DNA from: Candidatus Falkowbacteria bacterium | GTDB lineage: Bacteria; Patescibacteriota; Patescibacteriia; Patescibacteriales; UBA12465 | DNA length: 61,464 bases | NCBI GenBank assembly: GCA_003554785.1 | Contig: PWHG01000006.1 | Location: 1 to 61,464 of the forward strand | Direction of reading: 5' to 3' | Shown: positions 1-9,758 of the stretch, piece after piece | Layout of the letters: each line of letters starts with the position of its first letter | Numbering within the stretch: the stretch's first letter is position 1 | Program-made: the position numbers and the translations under genes | Notes under the pieces: generated by a model | Databases searched by the model: none | Told to the model about the DNA's origin: nothing | What the model saw: only the letters and a program-made list of their open reading frames with translations

Positions 1-200
1 AAAACAACATTTAGTCTGTTTGGTAGTGGACCAGGGAAGGTTTTGAAAGTATTTTTACCCATTAAAATTACTCCGTGTTTTTTTGACTCAGAAACAAAGA
101 GTTTTTTGTCTTCCTTGCTAGTCCAGTTGGCAAAATGGTCTTTGTCTTTGGCAATTTTTCCATCAACTGTTTGTGCCATCATTAATACTATTTTTATCAT
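1..200 (-). CDS. Dihydrofolate reductase-family (RibD C-terminal-like) protein, N-terminal part only; runs off the window edge
   Basis: ATG at 198-200 (minus), 12 nt downstream of the thyA stop. Translation MIKIVLMMAQTVDGKIAKDKDHFANWTSKEDKKLF..GKNTFKTFPGPLPNRLNVV looks like the DHFR/RibD_C reductase fold. thyA-DHFR pairing is classical. Confidence 0.6.
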   Translation of the reverse strand, partial: MIKIVLMMAQTVDGKIAKDKDHFANWTSKEDKKLFVSESKKHGVILMGKNTFKTFPGPLPNRLNVV

Positions 201-212
201 ATAAATTATTAA

Positions 213-1028
213 TTAAATAGAAATTGGCGCTTTAATTGCTGGCTGAGGATCGTAGTTTTCTAAATTGAAATCTTCAAATTTGAAAGAAAAGATATCTTTT
301 ACTTCATTATTTAATTTCATTTGTGGTAGTTGACTAGGCTTTCGACTCAATTGTTCTTTGACTTGCTCCATGTGGTTGTTGTAGATATGTAAATCTCCAA
401 AGGTATGAACAAAGTCACCTAATTTCTTGTTAGTGACTTGAGCTATCATCATAGTCAAAAGAGCATAGGAGGCGATGTTAAAGGGCACGCCTAGGAATAT
501 ATCAGCACTACGTTGATATAGCTGACATGATAATTTGTCGTCTGGGTCAACATAAAATTGAAATAGAGTGTGACACGGTGGTGGAGCAGTTTTTTGTCCG
601 CTAATTAGGTTTCTCAAGTCAGCGACATTCCAACCACTGACAATTATCCGCCTGGAGTTTGGGTTGTTTTTTATCATCTCCACCGCTTCTTTAATTTGAT
701 TTATTTTCTCACCATCATTTCCTTCCCAAGCAGTCCATTGTTTGCCATAAATTGGTCCTAGTTCACCATTTTCATCTGCCCACTCGTCCCATATTTTTAC
801 CTTATTTTCATTTAAATATTTAATATTTGTATCACCACTGAGAAACCATAGTAGTTCATGGATGATTGATCTCAGATGAACCTTTTTAGTGGTTAAAAGC
901 GGGAAACCTTCATTTAAATCCATTCTAATTTGTCGGCCAAAAACTGAGATAGTGCCAGTGCCGGTTCGGTCGCCTTTGCTTTTACCGTTTTCTAAAACGT
1001 CTTGTAGCAAATTTAGATATTGTTTCAT
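213..1028 (-). CDS. thyA: Thymidylate synthase (ThyA type)
   Basis: 271 aa. [33 protein letters not shown] motifs typical of ThyA. Confidence 0.95.
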   Translation of the reverse strand: MKQYLNLLQDVLENGKSKGDRTGTGTISVFGRQIRMDLNEGFPLLTTKKVHLRSIIHELLWFLSGDTNIKYLNENKVKIWDEWADENGELGPIYGKQWTAWEGNDGEKINQIKEAVEMIKNNPNSRRIIVSGWNVADLRNLISGQKTAPPPCHTLFQFYVDPDDKLSCQLYQRSADIFLGVPFNIASYALLTMMIAQVTNKKLGDFVHTFGDLHIYNNHMEQVKEQLSRKPSQLPQMKLNNEVKDIFSFKFEDFNLENYDPQPAIKAPISI

Positions 1029-1208
1029 ATATTTAGAGTTAATTGTAAACTACTTTTATTGTAGTATAGATTGAGAAAATAATAAATATTGACATTAAGC
1101 TTTAATTATTTTAATTGCTTTTTATGGTGATAATGGTTAAAATATAATTATGTTACTTTAATAAAATAATTCAAAAAAGTACTATCTTTAGTATTTATTG
1201 GAAATAAT

Positions 1209-2423
1209 ATGAAAAGAAAATTTTCTTTAATCATTTTTTTGACTTGCTTGCTTTTTTTGCTTTTTCCTAAAGAAAGTCTAGCTTTAGCTAACAGACTTTC
1301 TGGTCGAATACTGCTATCAGTTGAAGAAAATGGAGAAGCTTGGTATGTCTATCCAGAAGATAAAAGACGCTATTTCCTTGGTCGTCCCGCTGACGCCTTC
1401 TCAGTTATGAGAGAGTTAGGGCTGGGAATTAGTCAGCATGATTGGCAACAAATTGCTCAAGCTGGTATGGAAGTTGATGGTAACTTAGAGCTAGCTAGAA
1501 GACTGTCTGGAAAAATTGTACTGCAAATAGAAAGAAATGGTGAAGCCTGGTATATTAATCCGGTTGATTTAAAGAAATATTATCTTGGTCGCCCTGATGA
1601 TGCTTTCAGGATTATGAGAGAACTTGGATTGGGAATTAGTCAAGAGAATTTAGCTATGATTTATAAGCCAGGGCTTTTTGAGTCAATTAATGACTATAGT
1701 TTCTATGAACATCGAAAAATTAATGTCAATGAGAAAAATTATAGTTTAGATATTGTTGAAATTGATCTAAAAAATCCCAACTTAGAGATATTGACTCTAA
1801 AAGCAGATCAATATCAAGCTAAGTCATTGGCTGAATATGTTTTTGCAAATAATGCTTTTGCTGGATTGGTAGGAAGTTATTTTTGTACCGCTTCTAGCTG
1901 TGGAGGATTAAATTATTATTTTTTCCCAGTTTATGACACTTTAAAACAGGAATTTATAAATGAAGATCAGCTAAAATATTGGACAACTGGGCCCTTAATT
2001 GCTTTTGATAGAGATAATCGTTTTTATTATTTTAAAGATTCAAGGGAATTTAAAAACCAAGCTGACTTTGAAGATAAATACAAGGTAGAACTTCAAGCAT
2101 TAATTGGTAATCGGCCAAGAATTCTAGAAAATGGTTTCAATGTTTTAATTGACTGGGATATTGACTTTACTCAAATCGATAGTCGACATAGAAGAAATGC
2201 GATTGGCTACAGAGAAGACAAAGATAATCCCGGCAAAGGAAAACTATATTTAATCTCTCTAGCTCCGGCTAGTTTAGATGAATTATCTAAAGTCATGCAA
2301 AGCCTAGAGTTTGATTTTGCCCTAAATATTGATGGTGGTCATTCCTCAGCCATGATTTACAATGGTGAGTATATGGTAAGACCAGGAAGAAATATTCCCA
2401 ACGCCATAGTTTTTAGACAATAA
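1209..2423 (+). CDS. Secreted protein: two tandem ~70-aa repeats plus a C-terminal phosphodiester glycosidase (NAGPA/DUF2233-like) domain
   Basis: N-terminal signal-like helix. RLSG(R/K)I(L/V)L..E.NGEAWY..P.D.(R/K)(R/K)Y(F/Y)LGRP.DAF..MRELGLGISQ occurs twice. C-terminal NIDGGHSSAM motif. Confidence 0.6.
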   Translation: MKRKFSLIIFLTCLLFLLFPKESLALANRLSGRILLSVEENGEAWYVYPEDKRRYFLGRPADAFSVMRELGLGISQHDWQQIAQAGMEVDGNLELARRLSGKIVLQIERNGEAWYINPVDLKKYYLGRPDDAFRIMRELGLGISQENLAMIYKPGLFESINDYSFYEHRKINVNEKNYSLDIVEIDLKNPNLEILTLKADQYQAKSLAEYVFANNAFAGLVGSYFCTASSCGGLNYYFFPVYDTLKQEFINEDQLKYWTTGPLIAFDRDNRFYYFKDSREFKNQADFEDKYKVELQALIGNRPRILENGFNVLIDWDIDFTQIDSRHRRNAIGYREDKDNPGKGKLYLISLAPASLDELSKVMQSLEFDFALNIDGGHSSAMIYNGEYMVRPGRNIPNAIVFRQ

Positions 2424-2424
2424 T

Positions 2425-2697
2425 ATGGAAATTTTAAATAATTTAAAAAAGCAGTTAGAGAAAAATTTAAGTATTGATTTTAATTTAAAAGTAATTGCTA
2501 ATTCTTCATCTCTAAGCTTGGAAAAAATGGATGATATTTTAAAGCTAAAAATTAGACAAGTTCCAGAAAAAGGTAAAGCTAACCAAGAAATTATTGCTTT
2601 TTTTAAAAAGAATTTAAAACCATTAAAAGTAGAAGTGGAAATTAAAAGCGGACAAGTTTCTAATTTTAAAAAGATTAAAATTAATTTATTAAAATAA
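2425..2697 (+). CDS. DUF167 (YggU-like) small protein
   Basis: 90 aa. EKGKANQEIIAFFKK resembles the DUF167 core. TAATG overlap with the next gene. Confidence 0.5.
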   Translation: MEILNNLKKQLEKNLSIDFNLKVIANSSSLSLEKMDDILKLKIRQVPEKGKANQEIIAFFKKNLKPLKVEVEIKSGQVSNFKKIKINLLK

Positions 2698-3545
2698 TGG
2701 ATCTATCAATTATCATTGTCTCCTGGCAAGCAAAAGAAAAACTAAAAAAGAATTTAGAGTCAATTTATGGAAATAAACATAATTTTTCCTATGAAGTGTT
2801 TGTAGTTGACAATAACTCAAGTGATGGTAGCAGGGAAATGATTGAAAATGAATTTCCTCAGGTTAAACTAATTGCTAATGAAGAAAATTTAGGATTTTCA
2901 AAAGCTTGCAATCAAGCGATCAAAGAGTCTATGGGTGATAATATTTTGCTTTTAAACCCAGACATGTATTTATTAAAAGACACTCTAGAGAAAAGCTTAC
3001 AAATTGCTCAAAAAAATCCAGAGATAACAGTTTTTGGTATAAAACTTGTAGATGAAAAGGGTAAGGTAGTACTACAAGCCAGACGTTTTCCCAAGCTTTT
3101 TGATCAATTAATGATTGTTTTAAAGATTCACCATATATTTCCTAAAATTTTAAATAATTATTTAAATAAAAATTTTAATTATAATAGACAAGCTATAGTT
3201 GACTCAATTCGCGGTTCATATTTTTTTATCAATAAAAATTCCTGGCAAAAGATTAGTCAGAAAGACTTGCCACTACTTGATGAGAGATACTTTCTTTGGT
3301 TTGAAGAGGTTGACTTTTGTCGTCAAGTTTATGAAAATAATGGCAAAGTTGGCTATTTTCCTGATGTCAAAGCTGTTGATAGTGTTGGCTTTAGTTTTTC
3401 TCAAGTTAATACTAGAAAAAAACAAGAGTATTTTAGAGATTCAATGCTAACTTATTTTAAAAAATGGCATAGTGGTTTTAGTTATTATGTGTTAAAAATT
3501 GCCTGGTTTTTTGTAATCTCATTTTTTATATTTAAAAAAAAGTAA
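2697..3545 (+). CDS. Glycosyltransferase family 2
   Basis: MDLSIIIVSW..VVDNNSSDGS..NLGFSKACN..LLLNPD..EEVDFC motifs of GT-A/GT2. Confidence 0.85.
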   Translation: MDLSIIIVSWQAKEKLKKNLESIYGNKHNFSYEVFVVDNNSSDGSREMIENEFPQVKLIANEENLGFSKACNQAIKESMGDNILLLNPDMYLLKDTLEKSLQIAQKNPEITVFGIKLVDEKGKVVLQARRFPKLFDQLMIVLKIHHIFPKILNNYLNKNFNYNRQAIVDSIRGSYFFINKNSWQKISQKDLPLLDERYFLWFEEVDFCRQVYENNGKVGYFPDVKAVDSVGFSFSQVNTRKKQEYFRDSMLTYFKKWHSGFSYYVLKIAWFFVISFFIFKKK

Positions 3546-3671
3546 TTATATCTACAAATTGATTTTTTAATATATTAATGTTAAATTAGAAACAATAAAC
3601 ATAAAATTTATGAGTATTTTATACCACTAAATTTATACTTTTGATTTAATATTTTATGTAAAATTAATAAT

Positions 3672-4955
3672 ATGGCAAAACATTTAATTATTGCTTCTTA
3701 TGATGGGGTTAGTAGTTTTTATTGTGGTCCTGGAACCACCATGCAAGATACTATTTATGCTTTAAATGATATAACTAAAACTGAGAAAATTAAAATTAGT
3801 TTAGCTTATATATCTATTAATCCAAAAGGTGAGGTGTTTAATTATGATTTTTTACAAACTAGCACTAGATTAGTAAAAAAAACTGGTGGTCATCTCATTC
3901 CTCTTTGTAATGGCACAGCTGGATTTTCTGAAAATGATATGTGGCAAAGTTTTACTCAATGGGAATATTTATGTGCATCTTTATCGACTGCCTTAAATTT
4001 AATTTTAAAAAAAGAAGATGATAATATTTTAATGTTACATGATACTCCCTTTTTACCTTTTTATAAATTTAAACAGCAAATTTTCAATAAAAAATTAAGA
4101 TGTTTTTATATGCCTCGTAGTAGTGGTTTAAATCATAAATTTGGAAATGAAAATTGGCGAAAAAAGAGAGTAGTTCTAGAGAAAGAAGCTTTTAATTATA
4201 TTCAGAAAGATCCTAAATCTTCTGTACTTGCTATAGGTAAAAATTTTGCACAACATTTAATTGATAATTATAATATTTCTTTCAGTAAAAAAGATTATTT
4301 TCTCAATGGTCTTTATTTTGATCGTTATAAAAAATTTTTAAATAAAAAATTTAATATTTTAGATCTTAAAAAATTTGGTATTAACATTAATCCGAATTCA
4401 AAAATTATTTTTAGTTGGGGAAGAGCTTCAATTGCCAAAGGACAAAAGGAGATGTTGTTAGCATGGGAAAAAGTTAACAAGTTGCTGCCTAATCATTATA
4501 TGATATTGCAAGCTCCAAATAATTCAGGGGAAAATGATTATTTTAATTTTTTAAAAAAATATGAAAAAAAATTACCAAGACTAATTATAATAGATGATTT
4601 TAATCCGGAAATATGGCAGACTTTTTTACGAAATATAAACACTGACATTGTATGTATTCCGTCAATAATGGACCCAAACCCACATACACCCATAGAAGCT
4701 AAACTGTTTTTATCAGGAATGAATTATGTAATTATTAGTAGTAATGTAGACGGCGTTAAAGATACTTTTACAAATAATGAATGTTTATGGGTTAATCCAT
4801 TTAATCAAAATGATTTTGCAAAAAAAATATTAGAAGCAATAAAGTTAAATAAAAAAGAAATAAATAATATGAGTAAAGCAAATAATAAAAATCTTTTGAA
4901 GTATAACTATTTAAAAACTATTAATGATTTTCTTAAAGTAAACAAATTTATATGA
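3672..4955 (+). CDS. Putative GT-B fold glycosyltransferase (divergent GT4-like)
   Basis: 427 aa. The C-terminal PSIMDPNPHTPIEAKLFLSGMNYVIISSNVDGVKD resembles the GT4 E..G....EA..G.PVI motif. Very AT-rich codons. Confidence 0.4.
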   Translation: MAKHLIIASYDGVSSFYCGPGTTMQDTIYALNDITKTEKIKISLAYISINPKGEVFNYDFLQTSTRLVKKTGGHLIPLCNGTAGFSENDMWQSFTQWEYLCASLSTALNLILKKEDDNILMLHDTPFLPFYKFKQQIFNKKLRCFYMPRSSGLNHKFGNENWRKKRVVLEKEAFNYIQKDPKSSVLAIGKNFAQHLIDNYNISFSKKDYFLNGLYFDRYKKFLNKKFNILDLKKFGININPNSKIIFSWGRASIAKGQKEMLLAWEKVNKLLPNHYMILQAPNNSGENDYFNFLKKYEKKLPRLIIIDDFNPEIWQTFLRNINTDIVCIPSIMDPNPHTPIEAKLFLSGMNYVIISSNVDGVKDTFTNNECLWVNPFNQNDFAKKILEAIKLNKKEINNMSKANNKNLLKYNYLKTINDFLKVNKFI

Positions 4956-5707
4956 TTTTTAGATGGTCAATTTGGGGAAAGAGTTTATCAAAAAATCTTG
5001 AGTTATTACGATATAGTGTCTTTTCTTTTAAAAAACAATTTGGTCATAGTCATCATTATATAATTTTTACAGATAATCAAAAATTAGTTTCAAAACAATT
5101 TAAAAAAGATGTATGTATTAGAAAATTTCCTAATAATAAAAATATAAATTTTTGCTTTAAATCTAAAGCAACTTGGCAGAAATGGTGTCCTTCGCCTAGA
5201 TTAGATATTAATCAAGATGAATTTTTTATAGATGCTGATGTATTTTTAATAAAATATCCAAAAGAAGTTGATTATTTTTTTAGTAAGTCAAAATTAAAGT
5301 TTGCAATATTGGATGAGTTTTTTGGTCAACCATATCAGCATGGTGCAATGAGTAAAAAAACATCTAAAAAAACTCCTTATGTTAACGCAGGATTTTTTGT
5401 ACAAAAAGCAGGTAATGATATTTCTATTAATTTACTTAAAGAATATGAATGGTGGAAAAAAAACATAAAACATAATAAACAAACACATCATGATGAACAG
5501 GGAGCATTAGCTATAGCTCTTACTAAATATAAAAATAATAATGAACTTTATATATTTCCAAAGAAAAAATATGTAATAATTAGTGAAAGCTCAAATAGAA
5601 ATATTGATAATCTAGATAAAATTACTTTATTTCATGCAACTTATTCTAATCATCCGGCTTTTTATAAGTTTAAACATGTTTTAGATAAAGTTTTATTTAA
5701 TAGATAA
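4952..5707 (+). CDS. Uncharacterised protein, possible GT-A nucleotide-sugar transferase (DxD)
   Basis: ATGA overlap with the upstream gene. FFIDADVFLIK (DxD-like) and NAGFFVQ motifs. Weak assignment. Confidence 0.3.
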   Translation: MIFRWSIWGKSLSKNLELLRYSVFSFKKQFGHSHHYIIFTDNQKLVSKQFKKDVCIRKFPNNKNINFCFKSKATWQKWCPSPRLDINQDEFFIDADVFLIKYPKEVDYFFSKSKLKFAILDEFFGQPYQHGAMSKKTSKKTPYVNAGFFVQKAGNDISINLLKEYEWWKKNIKHNKQTHHDEQGALAIALTKYKNNNELYIFPKKKYVIISESSNRNIDNLDKITLFHATYSNHPAFYKFKHVLDKVLFNR

Positions 5708-5716
5708 ATTATATTT

Positions 5717-7405
5717 ATGAATAAAAAATATATTGTAGCAATTATTATGTCTGTGCGAAATGAAGAATCAATAATTGATTTAAATATTTCATACCATCTT
5801 GATCTTGGTTTTGATTATATTTTTATTATTAACCATTGTTCAACTGATAAAACAAATAAAATATTAAAATCATATAAAAACGACTCGAGAGTTATTATTT
5901 GTCAAGAAAATAATCCAGTGTTTGATCATGCAAAAATAAGTAATAAATTACTTAATTTTGCAAATAAAAATTATAAAATTAATTGGTTTGTTTTTTTGGA
6001 TGCAGATGAATTTTTTTCTATAAAAGATAATTCAATTCATGATTTTGTAAATCGCCTAGAAAGTAATAAGATTCCTTATGCGAGTATTGGTTGGGCAAAT
6101 GCTCTTTTTGATCATACATTATCAGACTATACCTGTACTCCTTTTTATTCTATAGATACAACAAAATATTTTTATCCATGGCCAGAGAAAAAATGGCAAG
6201 AATATGGTCATTTTAGAAAAGCCATTGTAAAAAATCATAAAAATATTGAAGTTGTCGCAGGTGGCCATTATGTTAAAACAGAAAATAATTCAACTTTTTT
6301 TGGTGATTATAATAGAAATCCTTACATAATTCCTTATAATCAAGCTAAATTATTGCATTTTGAATTTAGAGATAAAGCAGAATTAGTTTATGAAAAATGG
6401 AAAAAATTAGCTTTTTTTGAAAAAGATTCAACTTCTAATGAAAATTCACCTTGGCTAGAAAGAATTGAAACCATTAGAAAGTATGTTAAAAAATACAAAG
6501 GAAATATAGACCAAATAAATAAAAGATGGTTTTTTGAACATAGATCATTTTGGGGGACAATAATATCTAAAGATAAAATAGTTTATGATTCTACTTTATC
6601 TATTTGGTATAGAAAATATTTCAGAAAGCAAGTTAAAAATAAAAATATTGAATCTGTATGCTTGATACGCAGTGGACATTTGGGTGATGTAATAATGACA
6701 GAGCCAATTGCAAGATTCTTAAAAAAATACGTTTCTAAAGTTTATTTAGCTACAAAGAATAAAAACGCTGGATTATTATTACGGACATATGATAAAATAT
6801 ATCAATTTGATTCTAAAGAAGAAATAAATTGTGATATTTTTATTAAACTTGTATATGAGCTAAGTAATAACAAAAAAACATATATAGAAGGATATATGGA
6901 ATCGATTGGTTTTAATGATCAAAAAATTAACCAAAAACCTTTGATAAATAATAATTGGAAAGACATTATTAAAGGTGATTATATTTTAATAGCACCTTTT
7001 ACTAGTCAATGGGAAAAGAAAAAAAGAGCTTGGGGATATCATAAATATCTTAAATTATCTAAATTATTAAAGAAAGAATATAAAATTAAATGTGTTATTT
7101 TAGATAAAAATTACTCCTTTAATGAAATGATGTCTCTTATTAGACACTGTACTTTTTTTATTGGCAATGATTCAGGTCCCGCAATAATTGCCAACAGTTT
7201 TAATAAAAAATCTTTTATTATATTTGGCTCAACACATCCTAAATATATACCAATATCTAGTAATCTGGTAGCTATTTATGATAAGAATAAACATAAATTA
7301 TGTAATCATAAAACAAGGCAAGAAGAAATCGATTGTTGTGAAGTTTTTTGTTTAGAAAAAATATCAGTTAATGAGATATTTAACGTTATTAAATTAAATG
7401 TATGA
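5717..7405 (+). CDS. Two-domain glycosyltransferase: N-terminal GT2/GT92-like domain plus C-terminal GT9 (heptosyltransferase-like) domain
   Basis: N-terminal part: VAIIMSVRNEE..INHCSTDKT..LDADEF. C-terminal part: CLIRSGHLGDVIMTEPIARFLKK and FIGNDSGPAIIANSF, typical of GT9. Confidence 0.6.
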   Translation: MNKKYIVAIIMSVRNEESIIDLNISYHLDLGFDYIFIINHCSTDKTNKILKSYKNDSRVIICQENNPVFDHAKISNKLLNFANKNYKINWFVFLDADEFFSIKDNSIHDFVNRLESNKIPYASIGWANALFDHTLSDYTCTPFYSIDTTKYFYPWPEKKWQEYGHFRKAIVKNHKNIEVVAGGHYVKTENNSTFFGDYNRNPYIIPYNQAKLLHFEFRDKAELVYEKWKKLAFFEKDSTSNENSPWLERIETIRKYVKKYKGNIDQINKRWFFEHRSFWGTIISKDKIVYDSTLSIWYRKYFRKQVKNKNIESVCLIRSGHLGDVIMTEPIARFLKKYVSKVYLATKNKNAGLLLRTYDKIYQFDSKEEINCDIFIKLVYELSNNKKTYIEGYMESIGFNDQKINQKPLINNNWKDIIKGDYILIAPFTSQWEKKKRAWGYHKYLKLSKLLKKEYKIKCVILDKNYSFNEMMSLIRHCTFFIGNDSGPAIIANSFNKKSFIIFGSTHPKYIPISSNLVAIYDKNKHKLCNHKTRQEEIDCCEVFCLEKISVNEIFNVIKLNV

Positions 7406-8427
7406 ATAATTATAAACTTGAAATTAAGCTAGAATTTATTCCTGGATTAAAAGATGTCGTTTTAGATGAGATTAATCAAAATTTAAATCTTTCAGTTACT
7501 GAAAAGAAAGAAAATTTTGTTTACTTAAATTTTATTGAAAATATTTCTCTTATAAAAGAGCTTAGAAGTATTTTACGAGGATATATTGTAACTCAAAATA
7601 TTAGCTATAATCCACATTATGTTTCAAAGCATAAATCAATCATAGGAAATATTATTTCTATAATTAATAAAAATACAAAAGATTCATTTAAGTCATTTAA
7701 AATTATTTGTGCTGGCTCAGACTCACCTGAAGTGCGTAGTATTGCGGACTATATACAAGATACATATAAATTAATTGAGGATGAAGACGCAGATTTAAAG
7801 GTTCATATTATTAAAATTAAAAATATATGGGAAGTAGGAGTTCAAATAAGCAAAAGACCTTTATCTGTGAGGGAGTATAAAATAAGAAACATGGATGGAG
7901 CAATGGATCCAACAATTGCACACTCTTTAAATTATTTATGTAGCTTAAAAGATTTTAATTCTTATTTAAATATTTTTTCTGGAAGTGCTACATTACTTAT
8001 TGAAGCTGCTCATTATTATCCTCATTTAAAGAAGTTTGTTGGTTTTGATAATAGTAAAGAATGTATTTCATTGGCCATACAAAATATTAGGGAAGCAGGC
8101 CTGATAAAAACAATTAAACTTAAGGAAGAAGATATATTTAATAATCCACAACTAGGTAAATTTGATGTAATTACTTCAGATTTACCATTTGGCATGTTAG
8201 TTTCAAAATATGAAGACTTAGAAGAGTTATATCAGTATTTTATTGACTATTGTGAAAATACTTTAAATCCAGGTGGAGTTTTAGGTGTTTATACTAGTAA
8301 TCATAAAATGTTAAAAAAGATTATTAAAAAATCTAATTTTAAAATTACCAAAGAGTTAAAGCTAAAACTTTTTACATCAACTAATACACGTTTATATCCA
8401 AAAATTTTAATATGCTGTTATAAATAA
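7402..8427 (+). CDS. THUMP-domain SAM-dependent methyltransferase (UPF0020 / Trm14-RlmL-like)
   Basis: ATGA overlap with the upstream GT. The 341-aa size, the N-terminal THUMP-like region, a FSGSATLLIEAA SAM loop and a DLPFG (DPPY-type) amino-methyltransferase motif. Confidence 0.55.
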   Translation: MNNYKLEIKLEFIPGLKDVVLDEINQNLNLSVTEKKENFVYLNFIENISLIKELRSILRGYIVTQNISYNPHYVSKHKSIIGNIISIINKNTKDSFKSFKIICAGSDSPEVRSIADYIQDTYKLIEDEDADLKVHIIKIKNIWEVGVQISKRPLSVREYKIRNMDGAMDPTIAHSLNYLCSLKDFNSYLNIFSGSATLLIEAAHYYPHLKKFVGFDNSKECISLAIQNIREAGLIKTIKLKEEDIFNNPQLGKFDVITSDLPFGMLVSKYEDLEELYQYFIDYCENTLNPGGVLGVYTSNHKMLKKIIKKSNFKITKELKLKLFTSTNTRLYPKILICCYK

Positions 8428-8444
8428 AAATATAAGTAGGAACA

Positions 8445-9191
8445 ATGAAAGAATTTGATTTAAAACAATTTTTAAAAAAATATAGAAATAAATCTGTAGA
8501 TTTTTTTAGATTTCCTGGCAATTACGGTGATTCTCTTATATGGCATGGCACAAAAAATTTATTTTCAGAATTAATTATTGATGAAAAATATGTAGATATT
8601 AACTCATCAAGATATAATAATACATTATTAATAGATGGAGGTGGTAATTTTGTAGACTATTATTCTGATATTAGAGATTTTTTAATTAAAAAATCTTTTT
8701 TATATAATGAAGTTATAATACTTCCACATACTATATTTGGTGATGAGCAAATTAGAGTTCTTAATAATATTTCAAGCAAATTAGTTATTTTTTGCCGTGA
8801 AGAAATATCAGTAAATTTTTTAAATAATAAAATTAAAAATGCTAATGTGTATACTTGGCACGATTGTGCATTTTATAATAATTTAGTTCAAGAACCCAAA
8901 GGTAGTGGCGAATTAAATGCTTTTCGTTTAGATAAAGAATCAAGATTACAAAAACTTCCTTCTTCAAATAAAGATATTTCATTAAAAGGGTACGCAACTA
9001 AACCTCTTGATGAATTTATTGATAAAATTTATCCATATAAACAAGTTAATACTGATAGGTTGCATGTTGCAATATGTGCAGTATTATTAGGTAAAAAGGT
9101 TAAGCTTTATGCAAATTCATATTATAAAAATAAAGCTGTTTTTAATTATTCCTTAAAAAATTATAACAATATTGAGTTTATTGATAATTAA
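8445..9191 (+). CDS. Polysaccharide pyruvyl transferase family protein
   Basis: NYGDSLIW near the N-terminus and the C-terminal TDRLHVAICAVLLGKKV motif characteristic of CsaB/WcaK-type pyruvyl transferases. Confidence 0.55.
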   Translation: MKEFDLKQFLKKYRNKSVDFFRFPGNYGDSLIWHGTKNLFSELIIDEKYVDINSSRYNNTLLIDGGGNFVDYYSDIRDFLIKKSFLYNEVIILPHTIFGDEQIRVLNNISSKLVIFCREEISVNFLNNKIKNANVYTWHDCAFYNNLVQEPKGSGELNAFRLDKESRLQKLPSSNKDISLKGYATKPLDEFIDKIYPYKQVNTDRLHVAICAVLLGKKVKLYANSYYKNKAVFNYSLKNYNNIEFIDN

Positions 9192-9200
9192 TATAACAAT

Positions 9201-9758
9201 ATGCTTTCATATAAACAAATAATTAAAATATTTACAGATTACAGTAAAACAGATAAAGTTATATTAAATAATAAGTTATATAGTTTTATAATATTAAACT
9301 TAGAGGCAAATAAGGAGTTGTGGAGTTTAGAAGATTCTGCAAGAATGGACAATTTGGGCGCAAAACATGTAGCTAAAACTAAGAAAACTATTGATGAAGT
9401 AAATCAAGTTAGGAATGATTTTATTAGAAAAATTGACATTGAAGTCACCAATCAAATGAATATTTTGCCATTAAATATGAATTTATATTATAGTGAAAGT
9501 CCTGGTATGATTATTGATCGACTCTCAATTATGCATATTAAATTTTTAAAAATTAAAAGTTTAACATTATTAATAAAAGAAAAAGAGTTAAAAAAAGAAT
9601 ATAAAAAAAAGGAAAATAAAGTCTTTAATCAGTTAAATAATTTAAGTATTTTTTTGGATATTTATTTTAAAAAACTAAAGAAAAAAGAAATTTTCTTTGA
9701 AATTCAAGATCCAGTAAAAATTTATAATGATAAAAGAATTAAAAAATATATAAAATAA
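9201..9758 (+). CDS. Hypothetical protein, DUF4254-like
   Basis: 185 aa. ELWSLEDSARMD..VNQVRNDFIRKID resembles my recollection of DUF4254, a family often adjacent to GT9 genes. Needs an HMM check. Confidence 0.35.
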   Translation: MLSYKQIIKIFTDYSKTDKVILNNKLYSFIILNLEANKELWSLEDSARMDNLGAKHVAKTKKTIDEVNQVRNDFIRKIDIEVTNQMNILPLNMNLYYSESPGMIIDRLSIMHIKFLKIKSLTLLIKEKELKKEYKKKENKVFNQLNNLSIFLDIYFKKLKKKEIFFEIQDPVKIYNDKRIKKYIK

